In this document: one piece after another, positions 12,271 to 25,937 of the stretch
Layout: each line of letters begins with the position of its first letter
Numbering within the stretch: the stretch's first letter is position 1
From: Eledone cirrhosa
Taxonomy: Eukaryota
Direction: 5' to 3'
DNA length: 64,000 nt
Assembly: GCA_964016885.1 (NCBI GenBank)
Contig: OZ024741.1
Span: 375,844,001-375,908,000, forward strand
Program-made: the position numbers and the translations under genes
Notes under the pieces: generated by a model
Databases searched by the model: none
The model's input: the letters and a program-made list of their open reading frames with translations, nothing else
Told to the model about the DNA's origin: nothing

Positions 12271-12949
12271 CTTCCAATATATCTCTTTTTCACTTTCATT
12301 CCCTTACTCTCATTCTCTATCCTTCTCCGTAAGAAATATGCTCTATTCAAAACCGGAGAGAAATGGTCTTCGCCAAGTTTTAAAATGTTCTAGAAAGGGA
12401 TATATATCAATGCGGTGCCTCTACGACTTCCTCAGGAGTTACGGATTCATACATACATATCTGATAATATATTCCTAGATATACATAAAATAAACAAAAG
12501 ATGGGATGGTCCTGGTTTGAATGTCTCTAATAATTAATCAGTTTGATCAAGGTGGACTTATGCTTAAACAATAACAATGGAATTAAGGCGATAACGCTGA
12601 AAATCAGAGACATTCGTAAAGTATCTATTGTGTTTCAAGGGAAGTAAATCCCGTAAACCCGTGTTTTGTAGTTATTTCCCTTGAACGATTTATTTTCTTC
12701 TTAATTAACATTACTTAATATGAAAGTAAATGAGGTTATTCCATTATTTCAATATACTCAAATATATTTCTAGGAGAAAATTACATAAAAATAATAAAGA
12801 ATTTAATATATAGTCAAACATATAGAAAAAGAAAGTGGTATTGGAAAGGACTATAAATGCTATAAATTAGAGGAAAATGAGAGACAAGACAATGCTTGTT
12901 AGGCAACGAAAGAAAGGATGAAGGGGAGATGGTGACAGACTCTACACCA

Positions 12950-13283
12950 AAGTCAGGGTCGTGTTTCAGCTGCTCCATGCGGACAAAACGCCAAAAGCAT
13001 TTCCAGCAACACCCATCCCACCTCGCGGGGCTCCTTTCTCAGTTGGGTTGCTGTCATTCCACTTTTACGGAGGAGGTCAGCTGTACGGGGTCCGAGGACG
13101 CCTGAGGTCTCGACGGCGACCGGTGTTAAGAAGAAGCGACCGAACAAGTCCCGGTATTTGGTTGTCATCATGTCCTCTGATGTGCGGGCTGTGGTACCGG
13201 GATTTGTAGCTGAAGCGACTATGTTAGAGGCGGAGACGTACCGCAGTATGTCGCGTTCCACCGTACTCTTTGAACTCGAATGT
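12950..13283 (-). mobile_element. CRE-like RLE retrotransposon 3' fragment
   Basis: KYRDLFGRFFLTPVAVETSGVLGP...EPREVGW resembles the CRE endonuclease C-terminus. Confidence 0.7.
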
Positions 13284-16200
13284 TGATGCCAGGCACCCAG
13301 TCTCGGTCTCTTCTTCACCCAGGACTGCAGCTCAGTCAAAGAGATGAGCTGCGGAAAAGCCCGTCTGACAAACCGCTACCACACCTGTTCACCGTTTAGG
13401 AAGAAAATCTGGAGATGCCACAGCCTCAGCTCATGTTTGCGCATCATTAGACACGGCATGTCCAGCCCTCTACGCAGAGGTTGCTGGCAGCAGATGGAAC
13501 GTCTCACCAACGGAACCTGTCCCTTCCACAGGTAGTTGAAGTGTAGCCGCTCCATTTTTGCGAGGCGTGAACGGGAGCAAGGCACAGGGTCAGGAGGTAG
13601 TAGATGACGGACGCAATGTACGCGTTCGCCACCTCGACTCGAGATTTCAGTGATAGCTTCCTCTGGGCCCATTTCTGGTTAAGGGAGGCTACCCTGATCG
13701 TCACCTCGTCTCAATTCTTATCCACCTGGAAGTCTGGTCCGAACCAAAGCCCGAGCAACTTTACCGGTCCTTTCAGCGCCCGACGACGTTGTTGGACGGC
13801 ATGGGCTTGCCTCTCCAGGTGCCGAGCTGCAAGCCCATCGAATTTTTCGGTGTAAGTTTCGCTCCTGTCAATCTTTCATATCTATCCAATAAGGTGCCGG
13901 CCATCTCGATTTCCGTGGTACCCGACACCATCACGGTGATGTCGTCTGCATAAGCCGACACTGTCTTTCTGCGTCCCGGTTTGAGTGCGATGCCCTGCAA
14001 CAGCTTCAACCTATACGGTAGAGGCTCGAAAGGCAATACGTACAGAAGGGAAGAGAGAGGGCACCCTTGACGGAACGATTGGGATATCTGAAACAGTTCC
14101 GAAAGGTGGCCATTAATTTGACCACCCAGCAGATGCCGCTGTGAATTGCAGCGATCCAGCATCTGAAGACAGGACCGAAGCCAGCTGCCTTCAGGAAAGT
14201 TTCCATGCAACGATGGTCGACTCATTGAAAGCTTTTGATTGATCTAAATTGATCAAAGCCCCAGCGAAACCAGCTTTACATCCTAACCTCTCTATGATGT
14301 ATCGCATGAGGTGGAGGTTTTCCTGTATGGACCTGGTCCGGATTGCGCAAGTTTGCGCCTCCCCTACCAAATCCTAGACGGTAAGCGCCAACCTCTTCGC
14401 TCACACCTTGGCCAAAATCTTACTCACAACCTCTTCGCTCACACCTTGGCCAAACTCTGTGTTGAACAAAGTTATGGGCCAGAAGTTATCTAACGTCTCC
14501 CTCTTGTTCTCGTCTTTCCTCATCAACGTCACTACGCCCTGGCTCACGAAACTTGGAATACTCCCGTTTTGCTGCCAGTTGCAGTAGAGCACTTCAAGGA
14601 GATCGGAGAACAAGTCTGGCATATCTACGTAAAGCTCATAGGGAAGACCATCCAAACCGGGTGACTTACGCCTCAGGCACCGATTAGTGCGTCGCGATTT
14701 TCGCCCGAAGTTATCGGCTTTTCGCAGCGCTCAGCGTCGGCCGTCGGGAGACGTAGCAAGCCGTCGAAGTAAGGAGTGAAGTCCGCCACCGTCTCCGACT
14801 CGCCCCCCTCCAAACTGCTGAGCAAAGTGCTGGCGAAAGGCCTCACATATCTGCCTGGAATCTCTCAGCTCGCGTCCGTCTTGGTCCGTCAAAGACTGAA
14901 TTGTGGTTTTGTTACCATGCCGCGCCTCTGTCACTCGGGCCCATTGAACAGCTTCCGTACCCTTGTTTCTTAGACCATACGCTTTAACTCTGACAATGCA
15001 ACCTTCCTGTTTCGCATTAAAGAAATGGTCTAATGCCATTCTCGCCGCCAGTACGTCAGTTGCAATTTAACTACAAATAGCCATCGTCGATTCCAGCTCC
15101 TCCTCCTCTCTATTATTTCTAAGGCTACTTCCTTAATAAAATGTATTGAAACTAGTCTAACTTCTCTCTTGAGAGCATCTTACCACCTGTTGTTGACGAC
15201 CCTCCCTGTCAACTTACACTTAAGTGGTGATCCGGTACCCGTAAGCCCTACGCACCGGAAACGACGTGTTCAGCTTCCAGTAACTAGGCCCTAATTTATC
15301 AGTTCTATCTAGTTTGACCTTGCAGATCACAAATTAGTGATCTGAATAGGCGAACATTTGGAAATGTGGACAACCATATACTATCCTTATATACTGATGT
15401 AATAAAAAAAAAACTATCTATATACGACCTCGATGACCCTATGCGTTTGGTCCAGGACCACACTGGCGCATTAGGGAAATCTAGTCACTACCTGTCAGAC
15501 AGCTGGAACTGGCTGATCATATACTTGAAGCTTTTGCACTACCCACTCCTCTCAGCTACTCCCACCAATCCCAGTATGAGTCTAAGATACCGTTTCAGTC
15601 CCCTGCTAACAGTAAAGGCTGAAACGTTTCCAGAAAGGCTTCCGGGCACCTAAAGATATCGGCCACTGTCGGAGCGTACACGGCAATCAGTCTAAAGGTA
15701 CCATATTCACTATTGCTCACATCCAGGAAGATCGTCTTTACCTCGAGATCCAGGCCTTTCCTAAACAGCACTGCCACCCCACCTCCCATTCTCTACCGAC
15801 TAAAAATCACGAACATCTGATAGTCGTCGAAAAGTGGGGCTAGTGCGCATATATTGGAAATCCTTGTCTCGCTGACGGCATTTTACATCCATATCTAATG
15901 ATCTGAGGTGGTTCAACAAACGATTCTGCTTCCAGGCTGACCCCAGGCCACGAACATTTAAACAACCTACTTTTGCAATCGCCATTTTGGCTCGTTGATA
16001 ACAAAGAGAAACAAGGGGGTTTACGTACACTCCAGGCTCTATTAAAGATCGGGTTGTTCGATCTTGATGTTTGGTGGGTGATCCTTTGGGAACCTATTTA
16101 AAAGCCTGCTTGTGGCTTTTACATTTGGGGTTCCCACGTCTTGCGCGAAGTTCTCCCTAATATTTTTATATGTTTGAGGCACCATTCGCACCATCATAAA

Positions 16201-16790
16201 TGACTGTGGCACTTGAAATGTGCTGGTGACAAAAATCTCCTCCCCTCTCTCTGTTCAGTCCCTTACTTTGTCCTATAAGGGCTATCAATTTATGGTTAGC
16301 TCTTCTTAATAGCACAAAGTTTGCTGTTTTTGTTATTGGTTGTTCAGGTTGTGTGAGTTTTCTTTTGGGTGGTTGTGCTGGTGGGTGTGTTGGTGTTGGT
16401 GTTGTTGTGGAAGTGTCTGTGTTTGTTGTTTGTGTGGTGTTTTTTAAAAAATTATTTTCTGTTTCTGCTTTTCTGTTTTCAGGACGTTGTGGTAGTTCTT
16501 CGTCTTTGCTACGAGAGGACGAGGTTTCTGATTGTGTGTTTGTGTTTGTCTCTATGCCTATGTATGTTTTCGTTTTTGTTTGGAGAGGGGAGGAGGGAGT
16601 GAGAGAGCTTTCCTGATCTTCCACTCGAGTAGATTCTGTCTTGGTTATAGATGATGGTGGTGGTATAGCTACTACTGGTGATGTTGCTACTACTGTTGCT
16701 GCTGCTGATACTGCTGTTGATGATGGTGCTTTTTTCTTTCCCGGCTCTGGTGTTGGCAGCGACGAACTGGTAGTGTCCCTCTGTAGCATT
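13284..16790 (-). mobile_element. Second Tx1-like LINE copy, truncated at both ends and heavily mutated
   Basis: Colinear with copy 1: ORF1 C-terminus (LRRANHKLIALIG), ORF2 start MAIAKVGCLNVRGL (ATG 15985), RQGCPLS, AYADD. Confidence 0.9.
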
Positions 16791-17006
16791 GTTATATCAA
16801 GGTCTTTTTGAAATTTTCCATAATATCCGACAAGCAAGACCCCCAGAAGAGCCTGTTCCGACTGTCTTCATCGACGTCAAGAGTTGACCCCAGGGCATCG
16901 TTGCTTATTCATTCAACTAACTCGCTATAAACGCAAATGTTGTTTTCTGGCGACCGATCACGTTGTACAGTTAGTAAAGTGCCGTGAGTGAGCACTTGGC
17001 ACCATT

Positions 17007-17095
17007 ATATTGGGTCGTCAAGTATGAAGTTTGTAGAAATTTATAAAAAAACAAAAAAACAAATTTCTACAAATTTCATACTTGACAACCCAATA
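17007..17095. repeat. Short palindrome
   Basis: tattgggtcgtcaagtatgaagtttgtagaaattt ... aaatttctacaaatttcatacttgacaacccaata. Confidence 0.85.
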
Positions 17096-17199
17096 GATGC
17101 CAATCGCCCACACTTAGTCTGCGCTTAACCCAAGACTGTAGCTCGGCCAGGTTGACGAGATGCGAAAGGATATGTCGCGTGAAACGCTTACATTGGATG

Positions 17200-18400
17200 G
17201 GCTCCGCTTTCATTATCCTCCTCATCGCTGTTCTTGAGGTAATTCCATAGGCGCGTTAGCAGTAGAGCATATCTTCACATCAATAGTAATGCCATGGAGT
17301 GGATGCTGGTAGCAAATTGATTTTTTGACGAGCGAGACTTGTTCCTTCCACAAAAGGGGAAGATCATGAGTTCCAATTTGGTCAGGAATTTTGGGGGGCA
17401 TGGCAGTCAGGCGGTAATATACAACAGAAGTGACGCAGATATTTTCCACCTCCACCCGATTTGAGTGACAGCTTTCTCTCTGACCATTTGTGAGGGAGAT
17501 TGGCTACTTTGTCCGTGACCTCACCCCAGTTCTTCTCTTAATGAAGGTCCGGCCCAAATCAGACTCCAAGTACTTTAACCGGTACGTCGGTCAAGCGGCA
17601 GATATCTCCACTTACCGGCATGGGCTCGCCTCTTCATGTACCAAGTTTTAAGCCCACTTACTCATCCCAGTTAATGAAAACTTCAGTAACCTGCTGGTAT
17701 TTTTCCAGCATAGTGCCGACTGTTTCTATATGAGAAGTGTTCAACACCATGACAGGAGTAAACGACAGCTCTTCTTTGACTAGGTTCAAGCGAAATTCCT
17801 CTCAAGATTTCTATTCCCCACAGTAGAGGCTCCAAAGCTAATACATAGAAAGGGGGAAAGAGAGGACATCCTCAGCGAAACGAGCGTTCGATATAGAAGG
17901 GTTCCGATAAGTTGCCATTTAGATTGATCACCGAACGTAGTCCTCTGGTTTCTGAAAACGGAGCCAAAACCAGCTACTCTATCAAACGCTTTGGACTGAT
18001 CAGAATTAACCAGGGCTCCACCAAAGTCATATCTACTTCCGAAACGTTCTACAATATATCTCATGAAGTGGAGGGTATCATAAATAGATCTGCCAGGGAT
18101 CACGCAGAGTTGTGCATCCCCGACTACACTACTAATAACAAGTGCGAACCTCTTGGCACGCACCTCTGCTATCATTTTCAGCTCCGTGCTTTGGAGAGTT
18201 ACACGCTTAACATTTCCTAGTATGCCCCCTTGTTCGGGGCCTATCTTAGCAGTTTCATTACTCCCTTGCCTACAGGATTGGAGATACTCCCGTCTGCTCC
18301 TAGCTGCAGTAGACGGCTGCCAAGACCGTAGTAAACAAGTCAGGCATATGGAAATAGAACCTATAGGGTAGACAATCCAACTCTGGCGCTTTGCCCCTCG
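17200..18400 (-). mobile_element. Older Tx1-like RT fragment
   Basis: IPGRSIYDTLHFMRYIVER; SDQSKAFDRV; VVYYRLT; KSICYQHP. Confidence 0.8.
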
Positions 18401-18713
18401 AACAAATAATAATAGTAACTAATTGTAGAACTACAAAAATATATACATACTAGCAAATGACCCTCGTCCATTGGACGGTGTCAGTTCTTGGTAGGGCTGC
18501 AATGTTAATGGTCAATTTCCGTGTTGTATGTTTAACTTGGAGGAGAATTTTACCTGATCAACTCTTTCAATAAAACAAAATGAGACGGTATTCAAAAAGA
18601 GCAAGTTTTATTTACAGATATGTGTCATTAAAATGTGAACATAGAGAAATGTATCGTTAGCCGTGTCGGTTGAACAATGTGTAATTTTTTTTATTAATAA
18701 CCGAAAGACAAAC

Positions 18714-20087
18714 AGTAAATGAGACTGGATGTCAAACCATTTTGGATTGCATGTAAAGGTGATAAAAAGATCAGGACGGCCACAATGGTGGACATAGGTC
18801 AGAGCATCCTGCATTTTTTCATGCATGTAACGGGGGCCTCCAGTGTATGATGATGGGAGATTGACAGAAAGCCCAACATCCGAAGCATTAGCCTGATCAT
18901 TTCGGTTTACTTCGTCACGTAGATTGCCGTATTCTTCTGAACGCAGTTCCTTTTGATGATGTCTTATCCATTGGAGGCGTTCAGTGTCAATCTTAGCAAA
19001 TATATCTACACAGTATTGATTGAGGAGCATCCGTGTTCTATGCAGAATGTTGACGTCGTTTTTGCGAAACATAAGTCTAAATGCATAAAATTCTATTTGT
19101 GAAATGGTTTTCCCTGGTGTAAGATGCATTAAACTTACAGGATTACACTTTTGCAAATCAATGCGGTAGCCATCGTCGCCAAAGGGGAACAGCAATGGAT
19201 ACTGGAGAGCATCATATGCGGGATGAAGTTAATTTATTTTTTGAAGATGCGAGTCCTGCCATTCAATAACAATATCACGGTTTGAAGCGCTCTGATTAGG
19301 ACGTGTTATAATCACTGCAACTTCATCGGTTTGGGTCTATTAAAGCAACCCTGATGCTGCCCTGGTGGAGCGCGGTCATTTCGAATGACAACCTTGTATT
19401 GATTGTTGTTAGCATCTCTACGTTGTAAAGCAGTTTTGAAAATGGTGATGTACGGGTTTATGGAATGAAGCATATATTGAAGGGGATGCAGAAGAGAAGG
19501 TGTCGTTCCTTTAGCAACTGAAGCCCTTCGTGCAATTTCTTCAGGTCCGTTGCCCATAAAGTAGATCTGGAGAAAACTGTGTTCTTTGCCATCTTGTGGA
19601 ATAAGTGATCGTATTTGATGGTAAATTTGGCTTTGCACTTTAAATGTGGGCATATGATTCCCATCTTTTTATTGTTGTATGACCAAAGCTTGTCATTTGG
19701 AAAGCCGAATTGTAGGCTCTTATATTTCTGAAAAAGTATTTAGAATCAGGGTGGTCTCCAAGCAGCAGAGAATTCAAAGGTTCGGCACCGACTTGTAAAT
19801 AAGGCAATGTAACCGTTCCATTGGAGCAACATATACCGGTAGATTCAGCTGGCCACCTCATTGCATTACAATGGACGCAAACAGTTGACATACTACCAAT
19901 GATGATATGTGGATGGGATGCGTAGTCCTCTTGGGGGTTGTATTGAAAACCTTTCTTAGACCAGTAACAGGAAGAATCCCTCGGAAAGACATAAGTACGC
20001 ATTTTCTGTTGAGAATCAGCCGCAAGCCTTGTTGCCCTTTGGTCAACAGTCTCTAAAGCACGGCTATTGGAAGTTGAAGCAGCATTG
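18714..20087 (-). repeat. Direct duplication of the RepHel N-terminal/Rep region (copy of about 23000-24372)
   Basis: Near-identical translations (MLFPFGxDGYRIDLQKC...; ...RALETVDQRATRLAAD...). Confidence 0.93.
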
Positions 20088-20093
20088 GATAAA

Positions 20094-23000
20094 CTATTGG
20101 AGGACCGCCTTGTAAACCACATTTTTTTGTAAATCTTCCGGGAGCGTAGTAAAAGAGACTTGCTGAGTTTCCAACTCTTGAACATCCCACATACAGTTGT
20201 CCGTGTGAAAAACATGGGGTACTGAGGTCCAGCCCAACCACTTTTAGTGATTGCCCCTGGGCTTTGTTAATGGTGATTGCAAAACTTAACTGAATGGGGA
20301 ATTGAACTCTTTTCATCGGAAAGACACAGTCAGTTGGAATAAGTGGAACTCGGGAAATAAAAACAGAGTCACCAGCGCCTTTTCCAGTAATGATTGCAGC
20401 CTCGAGAACGTCATCCAACATTTGCGTCATAACCAAGCGTGTGCCATTGCAAAGCCGAGGAGGTTCCAAATTTCTTAAGAGTATGATGGGACATCCAAGT
20501 CTTAGGCAGAGTTTATGCGGTGCCATTCCCGATGGTTCTTGTGAGTTTAAAAACTCTGTTGGGTAAAACGTTACTTGCGTTGGATCCGTAATCGAATCAA
20601 TCGAAGCATAACATCGCTCTTGGGAAGGAAGTTGATAAAGCAGACATGTGTTAATAGCTTGGACGGTGGCATTCGTAGGGGCTAAGATAGCCCTTTCACA
20701 CATCCATTGATGACTGACGTAATTTGTTGAGAGGTCGGGGTAAACTTTTGTGCAAAGGTCCCCAGGGCTGGAGACGTAGTTGCCGATGGTACTTATGTCA
20801 ACGAAACCGTTTACGTCGATTAGTAAGTTCCCATTACCAACATCCAATAACTTTGAAGCAAAATAATTGTTACCGTCTTGTTGGTGGAGAATCGATCGCA
20901 TGTTGATGGTTAACATCCTCGACTGGACGAAGCGCCAAAAATGAGAATGTTTAATGCAAGCGTCTATTTCATCACCTGGTTGACCTTTTGGGATGATGGG
21001 AAGAGTTTGACGAAAGTCCCCAGCAAGAAGCAGAACGACGCCACCGAAAGGTTTAGAGTTGGAGCGCAGGTATTGTAGCGTTGCATTGATTGCATGAAGT
21101 GCATTCTTGTGGGACATTGTCGCCTCATCCCAGACAATCATTTTGCATTTTCGAAAGACAGCAGCCTCATCAGAATTCTTCTTTACATTAGTGGTCGGAT
21201 TTTCAACATGACCAATGTTAAGCTTAAATGTTGAATGGACTGTTCTGCCGCCGTCTAGCAGTGTTGCTGCTATTCCTGAAGATGCCATTGCAATGGCAAT
21301 CTGTCCATGTTGGCGAACTTTGGCAAGAAGGAGGTTTAGTAGAAATGTCTTTCCTGTGCCATCTGGCGCATCAAGGAAGAGGATGCCACCGTTTATGTCT
21401 TCAAGCATGGTCAAAACAAAAGTATAGACATCAGTTTGTTCAGAATTCAAAAGTTTTTCTCTTTTTTGAATGCAGGACAGAAGCCTGGCAGCATTGTAGC
21501 ATGTCTCCCTTAGTACGTGACGGTTACAAACAGCCTCATTTTCTCTTTTAGGGGATTCCATATAGTAGTTCTTCAAGGGATGGCCGGTCATTTCCAAAAG
21601 TATATCTTCTAGAAATATGAGACCGCAATTGTACATTTCATGTGTAAACTGTAAATTCATGTCTGTGGACGCAAAGCGAGATTGCATTAGGATGTCCAAG
21701 CACATGCTGTCACGATATTTATCCCAGAAAGACTGTGGATTCCCAAGACTGCAGTATACCAGCATAACGGCGAAAAGCTTACGAAGAGCAATTGGTGACT
21801 GCAACATTGATGCTTCATGGAGGGCGTGGTCATAGTGATCATCGTTGTCGAGAAGACCTAATTTGGAGCAGGCCTCTTTAAATGTTGACCAAATATGGCC
21901 ATTGACGGTACGGAGGTCTTCAAAGGAAGTCGGACCTTTGATAATGTGCAATAGAAGACGAAGGTGAAAACATTCTGAATTGAGCGGGTGAACTGTGTAC
22001 ACTCTTGAGAGGGCATCAGACTCACGCATCAAAGCATCCCTTTGTGAAATGCGTCCTCGCTTTCTTCTTTGCCAACAGCGGGAAGATTTATTCCACGTGT
22101 AGAATGTAGGCAACTCTGCATAAAGAAGTGTTCTGGCAAAAGAGTCTGAAGTACAAAGTTCAAAGAACCCGGTAAGGGTCGTTCTTCGAGGTTGTCTTGC
22201 ACAGTCAAGCATATTTTCTTGGTTAAAATACACCCGTTGACCATTCTCCAAATGAACGCTGAGATGAATAACTGCAGGTTCACGTTCATGGATCGGAAAA
22301 CCGAATATGCGCCAAAATCCCTCGTTAGAAGAGATGTAGCGTCCAGTTTGAAAACTCGTGACTTCATCTGTGGCAGCATCAGGGTTATCGCTTTTAGCCA
22401 ACTCAATAACTGCTCGATCAGCTCCCTTATGGACATACTTGCAGATGTATTGGATTGCTTTGACGGAGTTGCAGAATTCAACGTTAATATGGGCTGAAAA
22501 CATTTTACATAGCACCTTGTTATGTGGTACAACCCATCGGTTGTCAATAGTGAAATCTTGACCACCAAGCATTGTTATATTTGCCATATGTCCACCCTCC
22601 TGCGGTGCTCGGCGACGGTATGAAGGGTAGCCATCATCACCAGTTTTGGTTTCATTGATGAGTTTACGTGGGTAACGCTTTGTACATCTCCTATTGTCCA
22701 TACATGCAGATTTTGGATTTAGGTGGCCACACGGGCCATGTATCATGTTGGCTTTTATGATTTGAAATAGCGAAGGGTCTTCTTGGGGATTTGGCAATTC
22801 AGCACTGATAATGGAATCAATATCAGTTGACATAAGTTTCTTTTGAAGTCAAAGGAGAATATGCCATTCTACTGTGTACATGAAGCACCTTACTGGTCCA
22901 AAAAGTTGTCCGTATTTTAAAACATCCATCATTTTTATAAGCTTCATGTGAAACATTCTGGATGTGATATCATGCCTGTGTGAAGGATTTTGACCACGAA

Positions 23001-24620
23001 GTAAATGAGACTGGATGTCCAACCATTTTGGATTGCATGTAAAGGTGATAAAAAGATCAGGACGGCCACAATGGCGGACATAGGTCAGAGCATCCTGCAT
23101 TTTTTCATGCATGTAACGGGGGCCTCCAGTGTATGATGATGGGAGATTGACAGAAAGCCCAACATCCGAAGCATTAGCCTGATCATTTCGGTTTACTTCG
23201 TCACGTAGATTGCCGTATTCTTCTGAACGCAGTTCCTTTTGATGATGTCTTATCCATTGGAGGCGTTCAGTGTCAATCTTAGCAAATATGTCTACACAGT
23301 ATTGATTGAGGAGCATCCGTGTTCTATGCAGAATGTTGACGTCGTTTTTGCGAAACATAAGTCTAAATGCATAAAATTCTATTTGTGAAATGGTTTTCCC
23401 TGGTGTAAGATGCATTAAACTTACAGGATTACACTTTTGCAAATCAATGCGGTAGCCATCGCCGCCAAAGGGGAACAGCAATGGATACTGGAGGGCATCA
23501 CATGCGGGATGAAGTTAATTTATTTTTTGAAGTTGCGAGTCCTGCCATTCAATAACAATATCACGGTTTGAAGCGCTCTGATTAGGACGTGTTATAATCA
23601 CCGCAACTTCATCGGTTTGGGTCTATTAAAGCAACCCTGATGCTGCCCTGGTGGAGCGCGGTCATTTCGAATGACAACCTTGTATTGATTGTTGTTAGCA
23701 TCTCTACGGTCTAAAGCAGTTTTGAAAATGGTGTTGTACGGGTTTATGGAATGAAGCATATATTGAAGGGGCTGCAGAAGAGAAGGTGTCGTTCCTTTAG
23801 CAACTGAAGCCCTTCGTGCAATTTCTTCAGGTCCGTTGCCCATAAAGTAGATCTGGAGAAAACTGTGTTCTTTGCCATCTTGTGGAATAAGTGATCCTAT
23901 TTGATGGTAAATTTGGCCTTTCACTTTATATGTGGGCATATAATTCCCATCTTTTATTGGTGTATGACCAAAGCTTGTCATTTGGAAAGCCGAATTGTAG
24001 GCTCTTATATTTCTGAAAAAGTATTTAGAATCAGGGTGGTCTCCAAGCAGCAAAGAATTCAATGGTTCGGCACCGACTTGTAAATAAGGCAATCTAACCG
24101 TTCCATTGGAGCAACATATACCGGTAGATTCAGCTGGCCACCTCATTGCATTACAATGGACGCAAACAGTTGACATACTACCAATGATGATATGTGGATG
24201 GGATGCGTAGTCCTCTTGGGGGTTGTATTGAAAACCTTTCTTAGACCAGTAACAGGAAGAATCCCTCGGAAAGACATAAGTACGCATTTTCTGTTGAGAA
24301 TCAGCCGCAAGCCTTGTTGCCCTTTGGTCAACAGTCTCTAAAGCACGGCTATTGGAATTAGAAGCAGCATTGCGAGCACGCCGGAGTTCTGCTTGTTCAG
24401 CTTTCTGTAATGCTCTGATGTTCAAAGTAGAGGCAGCATTGTGAGCACGCTGGAGTTCTGCTTGTTCAGTTGTTTGTAATGCTCTGGCGATCGAGGTAGA
24501 AGCAGCATTGCGAGCACGCCGTAGCACACATTGTTCTTCTGTTTCGCTTGCGCGCAAAGAACGCAAAGCAAAAGCATTCTGTTTTTTTTCCAATGTTACT
24601 CTTTCTTTTTCGAGGCATTC
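20094..24620 (-). pseudogene. Helitron RepHel (Zn-finger, HUH Rep nuclease, Pif1 helicase)
   Basis: CVHCNAMRW...ICCSNG; IRAYNSAFQMTSFG; LPSSYTGGPRYM; GRPDLFITFTCNPKW; MIHGPCG; YICKYVHKG; DAPDGTGKT; WDEATM; GDFRQTLP; LCNGTRL; FAITINKAQGQSL; HGQLYVGCSRV. Has stops and frameshifts. Confidence 0.95.
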
Positions 24621-24972
24621 TACCGAAAATATGTAATTGAATAAAGCTGATACAAATCAATTAAAAGAAATAAATAGTTGTGTACAATGTGTAAATTTTT
24701 GTAATAATAAGCAAGACGAAAAAGTATATTTTATCATCTGCTTTTTCTACACGGGAATTATATATTAGATTTTCATACTTACAAAATAATTTTGCTAATA
24801 TCGTGTTTAGCAGTGTCGGTTGAGCAATGTTTAAATATTTGATTAAAAACCAAAAGACAAACAGTAAATATATTTCAACCTCTGAATAAGTATTAAAGTA
24901 ATGACGATTTTCACTTTGAAAATATGATTTATGACATCAAAACTGCTTTAGAGTTTAATTTTTTGAATAAAA

Positions 24973-25329
24973 AGTATCGTCTGTTATTTCTTACAATTAA
25001 CACATTTATACACACACACATGCACACACGCACACACATACGCACGTACACACACACACAAACACATACACACATACACACACAAACACACACACATACA
25101 CACACACACATACACACACAATCCCAAGACGTGACGTTGTGGAAAAGGGAGAGTTAAGAAGTGTAATAAATAAGTTAAAATTATAAACACTGTATTTATC
25201 GCTAAAGTATCGTCTGTTATTTCTTACAATTAACACATTTATACACATACACACACACATGCACACACGCACACACATACGCACGTACACACACACACAA
25301 ACACATACACACATACACACACAAACACA

Positions 25330-25372
<43 letters not shown>

Positions 25373-25695
25373 GCACACAATCCCAAGACGTGACGTTATG
25401 GAAGGGGGAGAGTTAAGAAGTGTAATAAATAAGTTAAAATTATAAACGCTGTATGTATCATATTCGCGTCACACACACTCCTCTCTTTCTTTATTTTATT
25501 CTCTCTCTCTCACTCCTCTCTTTCTATCTCCCTCTCACACATCCTTCTCTCTCTGGCCGTTATGGAAATTACACACACACACACACACATGCACGCACAC
25601 ATACACACACAAACACATACACACATATACACACGCACATACACATACAATCCCATAGCGTCGTGTTGTGGAAGGGGGAGAGTTAAGAACTGTGT
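24973..25695. repeat. Tandem ~235-bp units containing (CA)n inside the Helitron 5' region
   Basis: aagtatcgtctgttatttcttacaattaacacattt-(CA)n-aatcccaagacgtgacg...gagagttaagaa occurs twice, plus a partial third copy. Confidence 0.85.
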
Positions 25696-25937
25696 AAAAG
25701 GAACGCTCTCTCTCTTTAATGGCCGTCATGGAACTTGTTAGTGCAAAAGCCTATAAGATTATAAAATCGAAGTTTGTGACTTCGAAATTAATCATTATGA
25801 AATCATTTTTTCTTTATGTTACATACCGTAGCCTATTTTGGCTATGTGTTTAATTTGACAGAGATGGATGGAATATTTTCCAAGTGAAACTCTTTTACAC
25901 ACACACACAGAACGGGAATTATATATTTCGATGAACA

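Larger units (their letters stand above)
18450..25931 (-). mobile_element. Autonomous-type Helitron, decayed and internally duplicated
   Basis: 3' terminus: hairpin cgtccaatggacg then ttgCTAG|t at 18450. 5' termini a|TCTAATATATAATTCCCGT (24769) and a|TCGAAATATATAATTCCCGT (25931). Contains RepHel. Confidence 0.9.

Noticed and set aside
20053-22833. 926-aa ORF as a host PIF1 helicase gene
   Set aside because: Intronless, fused to Helitron Rep motifs and bounded by Helitron termini.
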